Positions 45,482-56,619 of a stretch of DNA of 57,049 nucleotides are shown piece by piece. The translations under genes and the position numbers were made by a program. Each line of letters begins with the position of its first letter. The stretch's first letter is position 1. The notes under the pieces were generated by a model. It ran no database searches, was not told the DNA's origin, and worked only from the letters and a program-made list of their open reading frames with translations. Source of the DNA: Pseudomonadota bacterium (GTDB taxonomy: Bacteria > Pseudomonadota > Gammaproteobacteria > BMS3Bbin11); the NCBI GenBank assembly GCA_034659075.1, contig JAYEGM010000194.1, positions 10,577-67,625 on the forward strand. Reading direction: 5' to 3'.

Positions 45482-48157
45482 ATGACCATGAATAAGACAT
45501 CGCATATGAAACATAAAAAACAAACCGGCACAGCAATTATTCTTGCAGGGCTACTATGTACATCAGGAATTGAGGCGGCTGAGCTATCAGCATTGCACTG
45601 GAAATCCTCGTTAGGCGAAGACGCTGTTATCGCTATTGTCGATGAAAAGGTAAAGGTGAAAACCTCGGAACTTGATGGAGGCAAACGGTTGCGTGTCAGC
45701 TTCCCCTCCACAAGCATGGCAGCGGACTTAAAGCCACTGTCTGGAATGGGGCTGGTCAAATCAGTCGAAGCGACTAAGGACAGCAAGTCAGTGCAAATTG
45801 ACCTTGTTACCAGTATCCCTGCTCATATCAGTGTTATCTCGGTGCCCGGTGGTTATCGGATCAGTACCGAGCCTGCCGTTAGCACCGCACCCATTGCAAA
45901 ATCCGGTCCGACAGTCATTCCACTGGCTATGACCTCTGATATTACCGGGGCAGCGGCAGTTACAGCTGAGCCTGTGGTAGTAGAACCTGCAGCAACAATG
46001 TCTTCAGGTGATGAAGCGGTCAGCTTAAACAAGATCAAGCAAATTACGTTTAGTAGAATTAGCGGTGGGCGTACGCAGGTAAACATTGAGATGGATGCGC
46101 GGCCACAGGAACCTGCGGTATTCGTGACCAAAAACCCGTCCAGGATTGCGATGGACTTTTTTGGTACCCGAAACGGATTAGCTAAAGATACTGTAAAGGC
46201 AAGCGAAGGGGTTCTGCACAGCATTAATGCCGTAGAAGTGGCCGATCGTACCCGGGTAATCCTCAACCTCGATCGGAATGCAGCGTATCAGACGGAAATA
46301 ACGGATAGTGGCCTGACGTTGATACTTGATCCAGATGCAATCAAAACAGCCTCCGGTGCAACGGCAAAGAGCAGGAAATTCTCAGTCAGCACCAAGACCA
46401 GGGCGCATAAAATTGACGGTGTGGATTTCAGGCGTGGGCCACAGGGTGAGGGGAATATAACAGTTACCCTGTCTGACCCGGAAGTCGGCATTGATATCGA
46501 CGACGAGAAAGGCCAGGTAATTATTGATTTCAGCAAAACAGCGCTTCATGAGGATCTTGAGCGCCGTCTTGACGTTATTGATTTTGCTACGCCCATCCAG
46601 ACCATTGATACATTCAGGGAAGGATCAGGGACCAGGATGGTGATATCAGTCAATGGCCAGTATGAGCAAATTGCCTATCAGACAGGTAATACCTTTACTG
46701 TCAGTGTGCGCCCGTTGACAAAGAACGAAATAAAGGAGGAAGACGAATTCGGCTACTCCGGCGAGCGCCTGTCGCTGAATTTCCAGAAGATTGACGTGCG
46801 ATCCGCACTGCAGGTGATAGCGGACTTTACCGGCCTGAATATTGTTACCAGTGACACGGTAAAGGGTAGCTTAACCTTACGCTTGCAGGATGTGCCCTGG
46901 GATCAGGCGCTGGACCTAATACTAAAAACCAAGGGCCTTGCAAAACGTGAAAAAGGGAACGTTGTCTGGATCGCGCCGGCAAAAGAGATCGCCGCACGGG
47001 AAAAAGCTGAACTGGAAGCATTGAAGAAAACGCGCGAACTTGAGCCCCTTATTTCTGAACTAATAGAAATAAATTATGCATCGGCTTCGGATATTGCAAA
47101 GTTGTTGAAATCGATCAAGGCAATTGACGGTCCGTTCTCGCAGAACACCCAGGGCAACCCATTTTCCTCGGTCTCAGTCAATGATATACCAACAGAATCA
47201 AACAGCCTGCTGTCCGAACGTGGCAGTGTGACGGTTGATGATCGTACGAATACATTGCTGATTCAGGAGACACCCTCAAAAATCAAGGAAATAAGGAAGC
47301 TGATTGCCAAGCTTGATCAGCCTGTAAAGCAGGTATTGATCGAGACACGCATCGTTGAAGCAAGAGACGGTTACAGCAGAACGCTGGGTGTACGCCTGGG
47401 GATGCAGAATCTAAACAGCAACTTTAACCTAGGTAACAGTGACAACTCGGCCGGTGAGGGAATTACTTCTGGTTCTCTGGAAGGCGCGGTAAACATGCAT
47501 AATGCATTTAATAACCCTACAGAAGGCGGAGATATTGAAGTAACAGGCGATGGCCTGAACGTCGACCTTGGTTCGGCGGGTCTGGGTAATTTCCTGGCCA
47601 GTTCCATTGCTTTCACCCTGGCAAAATTTGCCGACGGCTATGGTCAGGTGCTTGGTGTTGAACTGCAGGCCTTGCAGGCTGAGGGCAAGGGTAAGCTGAT
47701 CTCCAGTCCGCGCCTGATTACTGCCAACAATATGGAAGCACATATTGAACAGGGTCAGGAGCGAATATTTACCACCAATGTCCTTGGTGTGGGCAGCGTA
47801 GTTACCAAAAAGGCTGTACTGGGCTTAACCGTGACACCTCATATCACACCGGATAACAGGATCATCATGGATGTTTTCATAACCAAGGACAGTTTCACCT
47901 CTCCAATTGATCCAACCATCGACAAGAAGGAGATCGAAACCCAGATATTACTGGACCATGGAGAAACGGCTGTAATTGGCGGAATTTTTCAGCAAAATAT
48001 AGGTGAAGATGTGACGAAAGTACCGTTATTGGGTGATCTGCCTGTATTGGGTGTGCTTTTCCGGAATAAAAGCATTACCGATCAAAAGACAGAGTTATTG
48101 ATATTCCTGACTCCAAAAATCATTACGCCATCGTTTGGCCTGCTTGGCGGTAGCTGA
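45482..48157 (+). CDS. pilQ: type IV pilus secretin PilQ
   Basis: N-terminal AMIN-like repeats, N0/N1 region (LSLNFQKIDVRSALQVIADFTGLNIV), secretin core (VLIETRIVEA ... GGIF ... VPLLGDLPVLGVLFR). I prefer ATG 45482, which has an upstream purine-rich stretch, to TTG 45449. Confidence 0.93.
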   Translation: MTMNKTSHMKHKKQTGTAIILAGLLCTSGIEAAELSALHWKSSLGEDAVIAIVDEKVKVKTSELDGGKRLRVSFPSTSMAADLKPLSGMGLVKSVEATKDSKSVQIDLVTSIPAHISVISVPGGYRISTEPAVSTAPIAKSGPTVIPLAMTSDITGAAAVTAEPVVVEPAATMSSGDEAVSLNKIKQITFSRISGGRTQVNIEMDARPQEPAVFVTKNPSRIAMDFFGTRNGLAKDTVKASEGVLHSINAVEVADRTRVILNLDRNAAYQTEITDSGLTLILDPDAIKTASGATAKSRKFSVSTKTRAHKIDGVDFRRGPQGEGNITVTLSDPEVGIDIDDEKGQVIIDFSKTALHEDLERRLDVIDFATPIQTIDTFREGSGTRMVISVNGQYEQIAYQTGNTFTVSVRPLTKNEIKEEDEFGYSGERLSLNFQKIDVRSALQVIADFTGLNIVTSDTVKGSLTLRLQDVPWDQALDLILKTKGLAKREKGNVVWIAPAKEIAAREKAELEALKKTRELEPLISELIEINYASASDIAKLLKSIKAIDGPFSQNTQGNPFSSVSVNDIPTESNSLLSERGSVTVDDRTNTLLIQETPSKIKEIRKLIAKLDQPVKQVLIETRIVEARDGYSRTLGVRLGMQNLNSNFNLGNSDNSAGEGITSGSLEGAVNMHNAFNNPTEGGDIEVTGDGLNVDLGSAGLGNFLASSIAFTLAKFADGYGQVLGVELQALQAEGKGKLISSPRLITANNMEAHIEQGQERIFTTNVLGVGSVVTKKAVLGLTVTPHITPDNRIIMDVFITKDSFTSPIDPTIDKKEIETQILLDHGETAVIGGIFQQNIGEDVTKVPLLGDLPVLGVLFRNKSITDQKTELLIFLTPKIITPSFGLLGGS

Positions 48158-48186
48158 TGCACTCTGTTTAAGCAGGTTTCTTCATA

Positions 48187-48223
48187 AAGCACTGTGACCT
48201 TGTGGGGCACAGTGCTTTTTTTT
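48187..48223 (+). terminator. Rho-independent terminator after pilQ
   Basis: AAGCACTGTG (48187-48196) pairs with CACAGTGCTT (48208-48217). The loop is 11 nt. A T-run continues to 48223. Confidence 0.75.
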
Positions 48224-48289
48224 GTCTGTTTATTGTGCTTTTCGGGTTATCATTCGCTTATTAATTAAAAAGTAAAAGAAGTTTTGTAA

Positions 48290-48805
48290 ATGCCAGAAAA
48301 TATCTTTCTTGTTGGTCCTATGGGAGTTGGTAAAACAACGATAGGATCTCATCTTGCGCGAAAGCTGAAGTATGATTTTGTTGATTCGGACACCGAAATC
48401 GAGAAACGTACCGGTGCATCAATCAGCCTGATTTTTGATATTGAAGGCGAGGAAGGCTTCCGCAAGCGTGAAGCACAGATGATAGAAGCATTGACCCAAA
48501 AGCGGCATATTGTTTTATCTACCGGCGGCGGCTCGGTGCTTGACGAAATATCAAGGCAGAATTTGCGAAGTAAGGGCTATGTGGTCTACCTTAAAGCCTC
48601 TGTGGAGATACTTTATGAAAGACTGAAAAAGAGCCGGAATCGACCCCTGATGGAAACAGATGATAAAAAAAAGGTCATTGAGGACCTGCTGGCAGAACGT
48701 GAACCCCTTTATCTGGCTGTTGCCGATATTACCATTGCTACCGATGGGCGATCAGCGCAGGATGTCGCGCGAGAAATATATAACCAGTATGAAAAACATG
48801 CCTAG
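48290..48805 (+). CDS. aroK: shikimate kinase
   Basis: 171 aa. P-loop GPMGVGKTT. aroK-aroB sits after pilQ. Confidence 0.94.
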   Translation: MPENIFLVGPMGVGKTTIGSHLARKLKYDFVDSDTEIEKRTGASISLIFDIEGEEGFRKREAQMIEALTQKRHIVLSTGGGSVLDEISRQNLRSKGYVVYLKASVEILYERLKKSRNRPLMETDDKKKVIEDLLAEREPLYLAVADITIATDGRSAQDVAREIYNQYEKHA

Positions 48806-48876
48806 AGCTGGGTTCTGATATGCATAACTTATCCGTTACATCGTACTTGCCCTGAAATGTTATCTATCAGCAGAAA

Positions 48877-49959
48877 ATGACGACACTTACCGTAGAACTT
48901 GGTGACCGCAGTTATCCGATCTATATAGATAAGGGGTTGCTGGGTGATGCTGGGCTGATCAGGCCCTATATAACAGGTCAACAGGTGATGGTCGTTAGCA
49001 ATGAAACGGTTGCACCCCTCTACCTCGACGTACTCTTACAGTCACTCGTCGGACTTCAAGTTTACACACATATATTGCCTGATGGTGAGGAATACAAGAA
49101 CCTTGATGTTCTTGATGGCATATTCGATGCCCTGCTAAAGGTGCCGTGTGACAGGAAAACGACGATGATCGCTCTGGGCGGTGGTGTGGTCGGTGATATT
49201 ACCGGGTTTGCCGCCGCCTGCTATCAGCGTGGCGTTCCTTTTATTCAGATACCAACAACATTGCTGGCACAGGTGGATTCTTCTGTCGGCGGAAAGACAG
49301 CGGTCAATCATCCACGCGGTAAGAATATGATTGGGGCATTTTACCAGCCGCGCTGTGTGATTGCTGATATATCTACGCTGAACACTCTCGATGACAGGCA
49401 GTTATCCGCCGGCCTGGCAGAAGTGATCAAATATGGTTTGATCCGTGATCTGTCGTTTTTCAACTGGCTGGAAAAAAATATTGAGCGTTTACGTCAAAAA
49501 GACCCTGCTGCACTTGCCGAGGCCATTAGGAGGTCCTGCAACAGTAAAGCGGAAATTGTTGCAGAGGATGAGCTGGAGGGTGGTATACGGGCCCTGCTTA
49601 ATCTGGGACACACATTTGGCCATGCCATAGAAGCAGGCATGGGTTACGGCAGCTGGCTGCATGGCGAGGCGGTCGCTACCGGAATGTTAATGGCAGCTGA
49701 TCTGTCACGGCGTTCGGGATGGCTCAGCCGTGATGATGTGGCACGTATTGCTGATCTGCTCAAGCGGGCGGGCTTACCTGTCACGCCTCCGGCCGAACTG
49801 GATGTCGAGCGCTATCTGCAGCTGATGATGGTGGACAAAAAGGTCGATCAGGGTCATATCCACCTGGTGCTGCTGAAAGAGATTGGCAATGCTTTTGTCA
49901 GTGATGATTATGATCCTGAGCTGTTAAGGGAAACACTGGCAAGTCATTCACTTGTCTGA
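48877..49959 (+). CDS. aroB: 3-dehydroquinate synthase
   Basis: 360 aa with DHQS motifs ([40 protein letters not shown]). Confidence 0.94.
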   Translation: MTTLTVELGDRSYPIYIDKGLLGDAGLIRPYITGQQVMVVSNETVAPLYLDVLLQSLVGLQVYTHILPDGEEYKNLDVLDGIFDALLKVPCDRKTTMIALGGGVVGDITGFAAACYQRGVPFIQIPTTLLAQVDSSVGGKTAVNHPRGKNMIGAFYQPRCVIADISTLNTLDDRQLSAGLAEVIKYGLIRDLSFFNWLEKNIERLRQKDPAALAEAIRRSCNSKAEIVAEDELEGGIRALLNLGHTFGHAIEAGMGYGSWLHGEAVATGMLMAADLSRRSGWLSRDDVARIADLLKRAGLPVTPPAELDVERYLQLMMVDKKVDQGHIHLVLLKEIGNAFVSDDYDPELLRETLASHSLV

Positions 49960-49971
49960 GAGAATGATCTG

Positions 49972-51120
49972 ATGCAAAAACTGGCGCCCTATAGTGCATT
50001 TTCTGAACATGGCAGGGGCCGGCAGTACACAGAGGATTCTCCCTCGTACCGGTCTGAATTTCAGCGTGATCGGGATCGCATAATTCATTCAGTGGCCTTC
50101 CGGCGCCTGGAATACAAAACCCAGGTCTTCGTCAACCATGAAGGCGATTTATTCCGCACCCGCCTGACCCATTCTATAGAAGTCGCTCAGATCGCAAGAT
50201 CCATTGCGCGTGAACTGGATTTGAATGAAGACCTGACCGAAGCTATTTCTCTGGCACATGATCTTGGGCATACGCCATTTGGGCACAGCGGGCAGGATGC
50301 ATTAAATGCCTGCATGAAGGATTATGGTGGTTTTGAGCATAATTTACAGTCCTTGCGTGTGGTGGATGTGCTGGAGCAGCGATATGCCGAGTTTCCGGGT
50401 TTAAACCTTACCTTTGAGACCCGTGAAGGCGTACTTAAACACTGTTCAAGAAAAAATGCGGCTGGACTGGGTGATGTAGGGCAACGCTTTATTGAGGGTA
50501 AATTACCGGGGCTGGAAGCACAGCTTGCTAATCTCGCTGACAGCATTGCCTATAATAATCATGATGTCGATGATGGCCTGCGGGGTGGCCTGATTACCGT
50601 TGAGCAACTTCGTGAGAGCCGTTTATTTGCGATCCAGTGCGAGACGGTAAGTAAGGCATATCCATTGCTGGAAGGCCGCAAAATCATCAATGAGACGGTG
50701 CGGCGCATGATCAATTACCTGGTTGTCGATCTGATAGAAACCTCCAGGGCCCGTTTGCTCGACTCGGGTGTTCGCAGTATTGATGAAGTCAGAAATTACC
50801 CTGAACCGATATTAATGCACAGCGATACCGTGGCAAAAGAGTCACTTGAGCTTAAGCAGTTTCTTCGCCGAAATCTGTATGAGCATTATCGAGTACTGCG
50901 TATGAGCAAAAAAGCCGGGAGGGTTATCCGTGAAATGTTTCAGGCGTTTATGGATGACTATCGCATATTGCCGGCCCAATACCATGAATTGTCAGCGGAA
51001 CTGCCGGATGATTCAGAAAGTGGGCGGGCGAGGGTCGTGGCAGACTATATTGCAGGTATGACGGACCGTTTTGCGATCAATGAATACCGCCGGTTATTTG
51101 AACCCGGCGAATTGACCTGA
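49972..51120 (+). CDS. dgt: dGTP triphosphohydrolase-like HD-domain protein
   Basis: 382 aa. [33 protein letters not shown] and DYIAGMTD motifs of the dGTPase family. Confidence 0.9.
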   Translation: MQKLAPYSAFSEHGRGRQYTEDSPSYRSEFQRDRDRIIHSVAFRRLEYKTQVFVNHEGDLFRTRLTHSIEVAQIARSIARELDLNEDLTEAISLAHDLGHTPFGHSGQDALNACMKDYGGFEHNLQSLRVVDVLEQRYAEFPGLNLTFETREGVLKHCSRKNAAGLGDVGQRFIEGKLPGLEAQLANLADSIAYNNHDVDDGLRGGLITVEQLRESRLFAIQCETVSKAYPLLEGRKIINETVRRMINYLVVDLIETSRARLLDSGVRSIDEVRNYPEPILMHSDTVAKESLELKQFLRRNLYEHYRVLRMSKKAGRVIREMFQAFMDDYRILPAQYHELSAELPDDSESGRARVVADYIAGMTDRFAINEYRRLFEPGELT

Positions 51121-51123
51121 TAG

Positions 51124-52521
51124 ATGAAATCTGCACATTATGATGTCATTGTAATCGGCAGCGGTCCGGGTGGTGAAGGCGCCGCGATGAAACTGGCCAA
51201 AAGTGGCTGCCGGGTTGCTATGATTGAACGGGCAGACAGGACCGGCGGCAGCAGCACCCATTGCGGCACCATCCCCAGCAAGGTGTTGCGCCATGCCATA
51301 CAGGTGTTGGCGGATTACCGCAAAAACCCCTTATTCAAGGGCGTTACTGAACATATCACCCCCGATTATTCAGCCTTGCTGCACAATGTTGTAAAAGTTA
51401 TTGATCAGCAGGTGCTGCAGCTTAACCGTTACTGTGAGCGCAATCATATAAGGGTCTACCACGGGCATGCGAGTTTTGTTGATCCACATAAGATAAGCAT
51501 AAGCAGCAGTAAGCAGGATGAAAAAATACTGACAGCCGATGCTTTTGTTATAGCCACAGGTTCGCGTCCCTATCACCCGCAGGATATTGATTTTGACCAT
51601 CCACGTATTCATGACAGTACCAGTATCTTAAAACTTTCGCAGACGCCGGATTCCCTGAGCATTTACGGGGCTGGCGTCATAGGCTGCGAATATGCCTCTA
51701 TCTTCTGTAATCTCGATGTTAAGGTGAACCTGGTCAACACCCGCGACCGGCTTTTATCATTTCTGGATGATGAAATTACCGATGCACTGAGTTATCACCT
51801 GCGTGATCAGGGTACGGTGATTCGACACAATGAGGAATACGCCAGGGTAGAGACGCAGGATGATGCTGTTATTCTGCATTGCCGTTCAGGAAAAAAAATC
51901 AAAACGGCTATGCTGTTATGGGCGAACGGGCGTACAGGCAACAGTGATAATATGGGGCTGCGGGCGCTGGGTATAGCGATTGATCGCCGCGGCTGCATAG
52001 ATGTTGATGAAAATTATCAGACTAAATGTGGGCATATTTATGCCATTGGCGATGTAATTGGTGCGCCCGGACTGGCCAGCGCCAGCTATGATCAGGGGCG
52101 ATATGTTGCGGCAAGGATTGCTGATCCAGAGGTCAACTGGCAGCTGAACAGGGAATTTCCAACCGGCATATACACCAGCCCTGAGATCAGTTCATTAGGA
52201 AAAACAGAGCGGGAATTGACGGCAGAGAATATTCCCTATGAAGTGGGTCAGGCAAATTTCAGCTCGATTGCCCGGGCACAGATCGCTGGCCATACGGTCG
52301 GCATGCTAAAGCTGCTCTTTCACCGGGAAACATTGGAACTGCTTGGTATACATTGTTTTGGTGAACGTGCATCGGAGATAATACATATTGGCCAGGCAGT
52401 GATGACACGCCCGGGAAATGGCAACACAATTCGTTATTTTACCGAAACAACCTTTAATTACCCGACCATGGCAGAGGCCTATCGTGTGGCAGCCCTGAAT
52501 GGTTTGAACAGAAACTTTTAA
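51124..52521 (+). CDS. sthA: soluble pyridine nucleotide transhydrogenase
   Basis: 465 aa flavoprotein ([16 protein letters not shown]). It lacks the redox-active CxxxxC, having TCxxIPSK-like GTIPSK instead, as in SthA. Confidence 0.85.
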   Translation: MKSAHYDVIVIGSGPGGEGAAMKLAKSGCRVAMIERADRTGGSSTHCGTIPSKVLRHAIQVLADYRKNPLFKGVTEHITPDYSALLHNVVKVIDQQVLQLNRYCERNHIRVYHGHASFVDPHKISISSSKQDEKILTADAFVIATGSRPYHPQDIDFDHPRIHDSTSILKLSQTPDSLSIYGAGVIGCEYASIFCNLDVKVNLVNTRDRLLSFLDDEITDALSYHLRDQGTVIRHNEEYARVETQDDAVILHCRSGKKIKTAMLLWANGRTGNSDNMGLRALGIAIDRRGCIDVDENYQTKCGHIYAIGDVIGAPGLASASYDQGRYVAARIADPEVNWQLNREFPTGIYTSPEISSLGKTERELTAENIPYEVGQANFSSIARAQIAGHTVGMLKLLFHRETLELLGIHCFGERASEIIHIGQAVMTRPGNGNTIRYFTETTFNYPTMAEAYRVAALNGLNRNF

Positions 52522-52534
52522 GGAGTTAAAAGCT

Positions 52535-53122
52535 ATGAGTGGTTCGTTGATATTTATTGGAATTATTGTTGCGCTGCTGCTTTATGGCGTCGCCCTTTAT
52601 AACAAACTGGTTGGATTGCGCAATGGCGTAAAAAACGGCTTTGCACAGATTGATGTGCAGTTGACACGTCGCTATGACCTGATTCCTGCACTTATCGAAT
52701 CGGTAAAGGGATATATGAAACACGAGCGTGAAACACTGGAAGCGGTCATCAAGGCCAGAAATGCTGCCGTTAGTGGCCTCCAGAATGCCGCAGCCGACCC
52801 GGTAAATGCCCAGGCCATCACTGAATTATCGGGTGCAGATAATGCCTTGAGTGGCATGTTGGGGCGTTTGTTCGCGCTGTCTGAATCTTATCCTGATCTC
52901 AAGGCAAGTGAAAACATGCGTGATTTTCAGGAACAGATGACGACAACGGAAAATAAGGTTTCATTTGCCCGGCAGGCCTTCAATGATGCCGTAATGAGTT
53001 ATAACAACGGCATAGAAATGTTTCCCGGTTCATTAATTGCCGGCTGGTTCAAGTTTACAGCTAGCGCCTTCCTGGAAATCGAATCAGAAACAAAACGTGA
53101 AATGCCGGAAGTTAAATTTTAA
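52535..53122 (+). CDS. lemA: LemA family protein
   Basis: 195 aa. N-terminal TM plus LemA blocks (YNKLVGLRN, QLTRRYDLIP, ESYPDLKA, YNNGIEMFP). Confidence 0.9.
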   Translation: MSGSLIFIGIIVALLLYGVALYNKLVGLRNGVKNGFAQIDVQLTRRYDLIPALIESVKGYMKHERETLEAVIKARNAAVSGLQNAAADPVNAQAITELSGADNALSGMLGRLFALSESYPDLKASENMRDFQEQMTTTENKVSFARQAFNDAVMSYNNGIEMFPGSLIAGWFKFTASAFLEIESETKREMPEVKF

Positions 53123-53144
53123 TTTCTACTGCCTGGCCGTATAG

Positions 53145-55100
53145 ATGAACTTTTTTCAGCAGCAGGAACAGGCGCGGGCAAAAACCCGTAAATTAATTTT
53201 TGTCTACATACTGGCCGTAGCGGTAATCGTTATTGCGCTGGATGCCATATTCCTGCTGGTTAAATATCTATTGATGGGAGGCAGTTCGGAATCGCCGCCC
53301 GCCTCGTTCAACATAACTGCCCTGATAGAAACCGAGTCAATTTCCCTGCTGCTGTTTTCACTGGGTGTCATTGCCTTCATTGGGCTGGCCAGCCTGTACC
53401 GCGTGATGAGCCTGCGGGGGGGTGGCAGCAAGGTGGCTACTGCACTGGGCGGTACGCGTGTTGATAGTTCTCACCCGGACCGGAAGGTTAGAAGACTGGT
53501 AAATATAGTAGAAGAAATGGCGATAGCCTCAGGTCTGCCGGTACCGCAGGTGTATGTGCTGGAGCAGGAATCAGGGATCAATGCCTTCGCGGCCGGTCAT
53601 CAGCCGGAGGATGCGGCCGTGGCGATTACCCGTGGTGCGCTGGAAATCTTCAACCGTGACGAATTGCAGGGGGTGCTCGGGCATGAGTTCAGCCATATCC
53701 TGAATGGCGATATGCGTATGAACATGCGGCTGCTCGGGCCGCTGTTCGGCATTATGCTTATTGGTGCTATGGGAGGAATACTGCTACGCAGTACAGCCTA
53801 TAGAAGAGTGCGTTCCAGCCGTGAATCATCCGGTGCTGTGATGGTAGTGCTACTGCTTGGAGCCGGTCTGAGCATCATCGGTTATATAGGGCAGCTGGCA
53901 GGCAGGATGATCAAAGCGGCCATCTCACGCCAGCGCGAGTTTCTTGCCGATGCCTCTGCAGTACAGTTTACTCGCCAGAAAGATGGCATAGGGGGGGCGC
54001 TGAAAAAAATTGCAGCCTGGTCTTATGGCTCGACTTTGACAGATACAGCGGCTGAGGAAGTCAGCCATATGCTTTTTGCTAATGGACTGAGTAGGCAGCT
54101 CAGCGGCCTGTTTGCTACTCATCCGCCGATACAGGAACGTATACAGCGCATAGGGATGCGTTTCAGCAACCAGGAAATGGCCAGGCTTGCCGCAGACATG
54201 CAGAGTATAGACGTCAGCGCATCCAGGCAGGCTGTAGGCGAAGAGCCGCTGGCTGGCTTCACTGACGAGTCGGTTTCCGGTTTTACAGAGAGAGCGGCCG
54301 CGGGTTTTGAGGATGAGTCCCTGCAATCTGCACGCAGTGTGATCATGGAGGTGCCGGATAGAATACGCAACGAAGTAGAGGCCATAAACACTGTACGCGA
54401 GGTGCTGCTTGCTCTGCTGATAAGCGAAGACTATGAAGCTAAAGACCAGCAGATGAAGATAATTCGTGCTGCAGGACTCGGGCTGGACTGGCAGCGTATC
54501 ATCAGTATCAGGCAACAGCTGGATGTTTTATCCGATGGGTTGAGGCTGCCTATACTGGATCTGGGCTTCCCGGCAGTACGCCAGCTGACTATACAGCAGC
54601 GCATGGACTTTTATGCGCTGGTAGAAAGATTGATCCCACTCGATGGCAAGGTCAGCAGTTTTGAATACATGTTGTCTCGCCTGCTGCTGCAGATGCTGGA
54701 AGAAAACCGCCGGCCGGATCCGCGTAGCGGGACAAAAAACATCAAGCTTGTGCGTCTGCAGTTTCATATGCGCACACTATTTTCAGTCGTGGCAATTTTC
54801 GGGCATGATACTGAGAAGCAGGCCATGCACGCCTACAATGCAGGCATGGGGAGCCTGTACTCTCAGCAATGGCCTGAATTTTATATGCCAGCTGACTGGG
54901 TTGCACACTTCGATGCGGCGCTGGATGCCATCGACCGGGTGCGGCCTTTGGTCAAGGAAGAAATAATTAAAGCTCTGGTGGTTATGATCGGCTTTGACCA
55001 TGATTTTCGAATAGAAGAATACGAAATGCTGAGGGTGATATCGGCATTACTGCATAGTCCCATGCCACTGATCCCTGAGAATAATATTGCAAGCGTATGA
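53145..55100 (+). CDS. M48 family metallopeptidase with large C-terminal extension
   Basis: 651 aa. TM segments, HEFSH zinc motif, and a downstream E in FLADASAV. The C-terminal ~300 aa belong to no family I can name. Confidence 0.82.
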   Translation: MNFFQQQEQARAKTRKLIFVYILAVAVIVIALDAIFLLVKYLLMGGSSESPPASFNITALIETESISLLLFSLGVIAFIGLASLYRVMSLRGGGSKVATALGGTRVDSSHPDRKVRRLVNIVEEMAIASGLPVPQVYVLEQESGINAFAAGHQPEDAAVAITRGALEIFNRDELQGVLGHEFSHILNGDMRMNMRLLGPLFGIMLIGAMGGILLRSTAYRRVRSSRESSGAVMVVLLLGAGLSIIGYIGQLAGRMIKAAISRQREFLADASAVQFTRQKDGIGGALKKIAAWSYGSTLTDTAAEEVSHMLFANGLSRQLSGLFATHPPIQERIQRIGMRFSNQEMARLAADMQSIDVSASRQAVGEEPLAGFTDESVSGFTERAAAGFEDESLQSARSVIMEVPDRIRNEVEAINTVREVLLALLISEDYEAKDQQMKIIRAAGLGLDWQRIISIRQQLDVLSDGLRLPILDLGFPAVRQLTIQQRMDFYALVERLIPLDGKVSSFEYMLSRLLLQMLEENRRPDPRSGTKNIKLVRLQFHMRTLFSVVAIFGHDTEKQAMHAYNAGMGSLYSQQWPEFYMPADWVAHFDAALDAIDRVRPLVKEEIIKALVVMIGFDHDFRIEEYEMLRVISALLHSPMPLIPENNIASV

Positions 55101-55184
55101 GATCTTTTTCAAAACAGCCTATGGGCACTGAATAGCTGAATCTGGTAGGATGTCGGCTCAGAAATTAGACCCGATGAAGAGTAC

Positions 55185-55553
55185 ATGAGATCAATTAAGG
55201 CTATTGCATCAGCGGCATCAATATCTGGCATGCTGGCACTGATTATTTTCAGCGTATCTGCAGCAATAGCTGGAGAAGCTGGTAAGAATGAAGCACGTGT
55301 TTTCAGTTCAGAAGATGTCGATTCTGCATTGATAGAAGACAGTTTTGAGCCGGAAATTAATATCGAGCAGTTCGATAACCGTGAAGTGCAGGAATACAGC
55401 GTTAATGATCGTGTCTATATGATTAAGATCACACCCAAGCACGGTTTCCCCTATTATCTTGTCGACCCGGACGGTACCGGTGAAATGGAATATAAGCGGG
55501 ATACTCTTGGTCTCGAAGTTAACCCGCCACAGTGGACACTGTTTAGATGGTAG
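55185..55553 (+). CDS. small secreted protein, DUF2782-like
   Basis: 122 aa. Signal peptide. The block EYSVNDRVYMIKITPKHGFPYYLVDPDGTG resembles DUF2782 as I recall it. Confidence 0.55.
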   Translation: MRSIKAIASAASISGMLALIIFSVSAAIAGEAGKNEARVFSSEDVDSALIEDSFEPEINIEQFDNREVQEYSVNDRVYMIKITPKHGFPYYLVDPDGTGEMEYKRDTLGLEVNPPQWTLFRW

Positions 55554-55593
55554 CCTGCTGTTCCATGATATAACCCAACATGAGTAGATCATC

Positions 55594-56619
55594 GTGATGA
55601 CATTAAACAAACTGCCCCTCATCGCATTATTGCTAACTGGTTTTACGCTACCTGTGAGCGCTTCAGCGAGCAGTCTGCAGCTAGTCAAAAAGTACGGGGC
55701 TGTCCGCTGTGGCATCAATGAAAACCTGCCCGGTTTTGCTGAAAAAAATAGCAAAGGAGAATGGTCAGGACTGGATGTGGATTTATGCCGTGCAGTCGCT
55801 GCTGCCGTATTCTCCGATGCCTCAAAAGTAGAATATATCCCGGTCTCAGCGACAGACCGTTTCAAGTCACTGTCTTCAGGGAAGTTCGATATTCTGTCAC
55901 GGAATACGACGTGGAACCTGTCGCGTGATACCGGAATGAAAATCACTTTCACCGGCGTCAATTACTATGATGGCCAGGGCTTTATGGTGCCTGTTGAATC
56001 CGGCATACGCAGTGCTCTGGAGTTGAATGGTTCGACCATTTGCGTAGAGAAAGCCACGACACATATCGGTAACCTGAAGGACTATTTCCTGCTCAATCGG
56101 ATGAAGTATAAAGCCAAGTCCTTTGACTCTGCACAGGCCTCGTTACAGGCTTTTGAAAAGGGGGAGTGTGATGTCATTACCTCTGACCAGTCATCATTAT
56201 ATTCATTGCGCACAAAATTAAAGAACCCAAAGTCTGCCAAGGTTCTTGCAGAAATAATTTCTAAAGAACCTTTAGGCCCTGCTGTTGCTGTAGGTAATTC
56301 AAACTGGGCAAAGATCGTCCGCTGGAGCCTGTTTGTAATGCTGGATGCTGAAGAGGCCGGCATTTCAGCAGGTAATGTGGATCAGGTCAGGAAGATATCA
56401 CGTGTACCGGCAGTTCGCCGTTTGCTCGGACTCGAAGAAAACTCGGGCAGCAGTCTTGGGCTGAGCAAAGACTGGTCATACAACATCATCAAGCAGGTGG
56501 GCAATTATGCCGATTCCTTCGATCGCAATGTGGGGAAGGGGTCGTCGCTTAAAGTTAAGCGTGGCTTGAATGCTCTGTGGCGGGATGGTGGATTGCATTA
56601 TGCGCCGCCGATTGATTAG
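55594..56619 (+). CDS. amino acid ABC transporter substrate-binding protein (AapJ/BztA-like)
   Basis: 341 aa. Signal peptide. Family-3 SBP pattern (VRCGINENLPGFA, FDILSRNTTWN, DVITSDQS). GTG at 55594 or ATG at 55597. Confidence 0.88.
   Translation: MMTLNKLPLIALLLTGFTLPVSASASSLQLVKKYGAVRCGINENLPGFAEKNSKGEWSGLDVDLCRAVAAAVFSDASKVEYIPVSATDRFKSLSSGKFDILSRNTTWNLSRDTGMKITFTGVNYYDGQGFMVPVESGIRSALELNGSTICVEKATTHIGNLKDYFLLNRMKYKAKSFDSAQASLQAFEKGECDVITSDQSSLYSLRTKLKNPKSAKVLAEIISKEPLGPAVAVGNSNWAKIVRWSLFVMLDAEEAGISAGNVDQVRKISRVPAVRRLLGLEENSGSSLGLSKDWSYNIIKQVGNYADSFDRNVGKGSSLKVKRGLNALWRDGGLHYAPPID

Noticed and set aside
49972-51120. dGTPase-family HD protein as an anti-phage dNTP-depletion defence gene
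   Set aside because: It sits in a conserved housekeeping run (aroK-aroB-dgt-sthA) with short spacers. No neighbouring defence or mobile genes are present, so the housekeeping dGTPase-like role is more parsimonious.
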